Under the pieces are notes generated by a model. The model was not told the origin of the DNA. It saw only the letters and a program-made list of their open reading frames with translations, and ran no database searches. This document shows positions 62,201 to 64,000 of a DNA stretch of 64,000 bases, one piece after another. A program made the position numbers and the translations under genes. The stretch spans positions 20,770,001 to 20,834,000 of the forward strand of contig CATNEN010000038.1 of assembly GCA_950097015.1 (NCBI GenBank), written 5' to 3'. This DNA is from Macrostomum hystrix. Taxonomy: Eukaryota > Animalia > Platyhelminthes. The stretch's first letter is position 1. Every line of letters begins with the position of its first letter.

Positions 62201-63072
62201 CACCCTTTATACGATGAACTAATTTTCAAAGCCGTCCGAGTTAGCGTCGCCGAGATATTCAGCGATTCTTGTCGAAGACCCTGGTGACACGAAAAAAACA
62301 TTGATTCTTTATAAACTTCTATGACGAATTAACAATTTAATCCGTCCAAAATAATTAACAATGTTAGCCGAATAGTTACATGATGACATTTTGTGAGCAC
62401 GAAAAGTATGCCTATATTTGTGGTTCTTGCCACCAGACACTCCGACGAGAATCCTTGAATATCTCGACGATGCCGATGTTTTGTGATTCTGGAAGTTGTT
62501 AAATCGGAAGTTGTTGTCACGGCGATTTTGTTAAATATTTTTGGAGATTCTTAACAGAGACAAATGTCAGCATTTGTGCTATTGAACAATTACAATCATT
62601 CCTGCAGCAAGCCGTTGAAGTAGGCGAAGACGCCCTGGACCGGAAGTTCTCGAATCCAACCGACATGGTGATGAAGGACCGATTCATCGAGGAGCACTAT
62701 TTGAACTACCTGCGTCAATTGAATCGCTGGGCGGAGCTGCCACGGTTTGCTCAGGCGTTCGGCTTCTGCAATCATCGTCTAGTTGCCGAGTGCGATTGGA
62801 AACTATCGGAATGGCGCGATATGCACACTGCGCTTAGCCAGCTTGGCAACGAGTATCCGAGGCGAGACAAGTGGCGAATAGAATTGCTCTGGGGCTATTG
62901 GCATCTGTGCGGCAAACCCAGGACTGAGCACGCAGAGTATGTGTCGCCAGCAATGTCGCAGCATGTTGAACGATTCTTTAAACTGGCGGTTGACAGCGTC
63001 ATCAAAGAGTGGCGCCGACTGCCAGCTCTGGTGTCCGCTGTGCACGTGCCCTACCTGCAGGCTACTCAACAG
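32260..63072 (+). CDS. TRRAP: Transformation/transcription domain-associated protein (TRRAP/Tra1, PIKK pseudokinase scaffold of SAGA/NuA4); C-terminal part continues beyond the window
   Basis: 24 phase-consistent GT-AG exons: 32260-32326, 32415-32464, 32550-32774, 32890-33177, 33293-33710, 36494-36872, 36948-37400, 38092-38209, 39960-40285, 40769-41160, 41735-42348, 43097-43474 (weak donor), 45338-45583, 46423-47010, 47855-48094, 48843-49237, 50501-50808, 52254-52740, 53672-53771, 54741-55316, 55745-56095, 56768-57742, 58895-59491, 62608-63072 (9036 nt = 3012 codons). Hallmark motifs: DNEENVLMCLK, RPIAYSTLADLIHH, EPYNYFLLLRALFRSIGGG, ELCLTVPVRLSSLLPYL, LVSQGLRTLELCVDNLQPDFLY, EWRRLP. Confidence 0.95.
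34376..35520 (+). mobile_element. hAT (Charlie-like) MITE with expanded internal CT-rich minisatellite
   Basis: Ends CACGGGTCGGCAAACTCCGGCCCGCGGGCC ... GTTTGCCGACCCGATG; about 0.9 kb of TGTCTCATCTCTCCC-type repeat inside (34480-35400); no clear TSD. Confidence 0.75.
36180..36396 (-). mobile_element. SINE family A copy
   Basis: Contains GGGAATCGAACCCCCGACCTTC (reverse complement of the B box), CCATTTAACAGCTG and CAGTCCATGGACTG. Confidence 0.7.
37699..38060 (+). mobile_element. SINE family B, full length, with TSD
   Basis: Near-identical to 5257-5629; flanked by the direct repeat TATACTTATTTA(A)CC (about 37685-37698 and 38059-38073). Confidence 0.8.
38575..39830. repeat. 29-bp minisatellite CACCAATCATCATCCCAGATCCTCAGGCT with 609-bp higher-order duplication
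   Basis: Tandem array in TRRAP intron 8; the variant-unit pattern repeats at +609 bp (21 units). Confidence 0.95.
40483..40670. repeat. 33-bp minisatellite CCACCCCATTCCCCAATGTACATCCTGTCTGAA
   Basis: About 5 copies plus degenerate flanks. Confidence 0.9.
41265..41600. repeat. 20-bp minisatellite GTAGATAAGGATTGTGTGGG
   Basis: Tandem array with degenerate flanks. Confidence 0.9.
42470..43060. repeat. 28-bp minisatellite CACAGATCAGGCGATTCACACACTGGGT
   Basis: Tandem array filling most of TRRAP intron 11. Confidence 0.95.
43568..45160. repeat. 23-bp minisatellite AATCCCASAAAATCTGTGATCYT
   Basis: Tandem array with a duplicated block of about 233 bp at its left end. Confidence 0.95.
45940..46340. 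repeat. ~19-bp minisatellite GTGTGTTGCTAGGGTGATG
   Basis: Tandem array, partly degenerate. Confidence 0.9.
47055..47283 (-). mobile_element. SINE family A copy (rearranged)
   Basis: Same head, core and tail motifs in reverse orientation. Confidence 0.7.
47320..47760. repeat. 42-bp minisatellite CAATCCTTATCTAGTCTAGAATTGTATATTTCTGTAGTTCTT
   Basis: About 10 copies. Confidence 0.92.
48120..48780. repeat. 20-bp minisatellite TCCATGATCCCAGTCTCAAT
   Basis: Tandem array. Confidence 0.92.
49335..49466 (+). mobile_element. SINE family A, 5' half
   Basis: Contains GGGGTTCGATTCCCGACTCCACTGGAACAATTTGTGTCC...TTAACTCTGCATTGCTTCAGTTCA. Confidence 0.7.
49634..50451 (-). mobile_element. hAT (Charlie-like) MITE with internal minisatellite, opposite orientation
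   Basis: TIRs CAGGGGTCGGCAAAC / GTTTGCCGACCTCTG; exact 8-bp TSD TGCTAGAT (49626-49633, 50452-50459); internal GA-rich repeat at 49740-50355. Confidence 0.88.
50845..52142. repeat. 28-bp minisatellite AATCCCGATTCAAAATCCCAGTTTGACG (two related 14-mers)
   Basis: Tandem array. Confidence 0.95.
52790..53540. repeat. 16-bp minisatellite GTCCGTAGACTGGAGA
   Basis: Tandem array; each unit holds an AGTC-CGTA-GACT mini-hairpin. Confidence 0.95.
53900..54495. repeat. Composite 23/24-bp minisatellite (three GGGATTCGAGA.../GAGATTCGATA... subunits)
   Basis: Tandem array of alternating related subunits. Confidence 0.92.
55426..55560 (-). mobile_element. SINE family A fragment
   Basis: Reverse-complement match to the head and core. 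Confidence 0.65.
56100..56660. repeat. 36-bp minisatellite GAATGGGATTCTTCCCACTAGAATTCTCCCCTTCAA
   Basis: Tandem array starting immediately after the splice donor at 56096. Confidence 0.95.
57860..58602. repeat. CT-rich 16-18-bp minisatellite TGTCTMATCTCTCCCC
   Basis: Same unit type as inside the hAT MITE at 34376, but no TIRs found here. Confidence 0.92.
58607..58768 (+). mobile_element. SINE family B, internally deleted (head joined to tail)
   Basis: GGGGTCGGTGGCAGAGCGG...GTTCGAAATGGACAGAATTGCCTCCTCGCTGGC...(TTA)n. Confidence 0.7.
59518..60260. repeat. 18/22-bp minisatellite TCTCACCCTGTCTATCAT(TTCT)
   Basis: Tandem array; extends the ORF-track call at 58895 artefactually. Confidence 0.95.
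60842..62035. repeat. 24/25-bp minisatellite ATGAGACAGTTACAGAAGCCTGTT
   Basis: Tandem array. Confidence 0.95.
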
Positions 63073-63217
63073 GTAAAACAGTCGCTAGTGTTGCACTTTT
63101 TCAATGAAAATCTATCTATTGGCTGGGTCTAAATAGATCTTCATTTGCGAGTGTATCTATGGTAGTACCATATATATATACAAGTTATTGTGAGAATGTA
63201 GTAGAGCTGTCAGTGGG

Positions 63218-64000
63218 TGAGATGCTCAGAGAATTGTGAGATGATGCTCAGAGAATTGTGAGATAATGCTCAGGGAATTGTGAGATGATGCTCAGAGAAT
63301 TGTGAGATGATGCTCAGAGAATTGTGAGATAATGCTCAGAGAATTGTGAGATGATGCTCTGAGAATTGTGAGATGATGCTCTGAGAATTGTGAGATGATG
63401 CTCTGAGAATTGTGAGATGATGCTATGAGAATTGTGAGATGATGCTCAGAGAATTGTGAGATAATGCTCAGAGAATTGTGAGATGATGCTCAGAGAATTG
63501 TGAGATAATGCTCAGAGAATTGTGGGATGATGCTCAGAGAATTGTGAGATGATGCTCTGAGAATTGTGAGATGATGCTCTGAGAATTGTGAGATGATGCT
63601 CTGAGAATTGTGAGATGATGCTCTGAGAATTGTGAGATGATGCTCTGAGAATTGTGAGATGATGCTCTGAGAATTGTGAGATGATGCTCAGAGAATTGTG
63701 AGATAATGCTCAGAGAATTGTGAGATGATGCTCTGAGAATTGTGAGATGATGCTCTGAGAATTGTGAGATGATGCTCTGAGAATTGTGAGATGATGCTAT
63801 GAGAATTGTGAGATGATGCTCAGAGAATTGTGAGATAATGCTCAGAGAATTGTGGGATGATGCTCAGAGAATTGTGAGATGATGCTCTGAGAATTGTGAG
63901 ATGATGCTCTGAGAATTGTGAGATGATGCTCTGAGAATTGTGAGATGATGCTCTGAGAATTGTGAGATGATGCTCTGAGAATTGTGAGATGATGCTCTGA
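63218..64000. repeat. 22-bp minisatellite GAGAATTGTGAGATGATGCTCW (runs off the window)
   Basis: Tandem array. Confidence 0.95.

Noticed and set aside
405-64000. Tandem arrays as CRISPR arrays
   Set aside because: Units are contiguous with no unique spacers, lie in spliceosomal introns, and no cas genes are present.

Overview
Eukaryotic (invertebrate metazoan) genomic DNA with GT-AG introns that are packed with minisatellites. This architecture resembles the flatworm Macrostomum, which is an inference only. I reconstructed three spliced genes by hand, checking exon phases. (1) An ALDH8A1-like aldehyde dehydrogenase on the minus strand, 8 exons visible, 3' end off the left edge. (2) A BAR+RhoGAP gene of the RICH/SH3BP1 family on the minus strand, with probable alternative C-termini. 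(3) Head-to-head with it, TRRAP on the plus strand: 24 coding exons, about 3012 codons in the window, continuing off the right edge. ALDH8A1 intron 3 contains a same-strand intronless DEG/ENaC channel gene, a 962-bp P-element-superfamily derivative (128-bp TIRs, 8-bp TSD) that still encodes a THAP domain, a decayed unknown pseudogene and an internally deleted Tc1/IS630-type element. Also present are two tRNA-derived SINE families, a hAT-like MITE family carrying an expanding minisatellite, a MITE in the divergent promoter region and about 25 minisatellite arrays, nearly one private unit per intron. Most short ORFs in the supplied track are artefacts of these repeats or antisense shadows of exons. 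No prokaryotic features were found.
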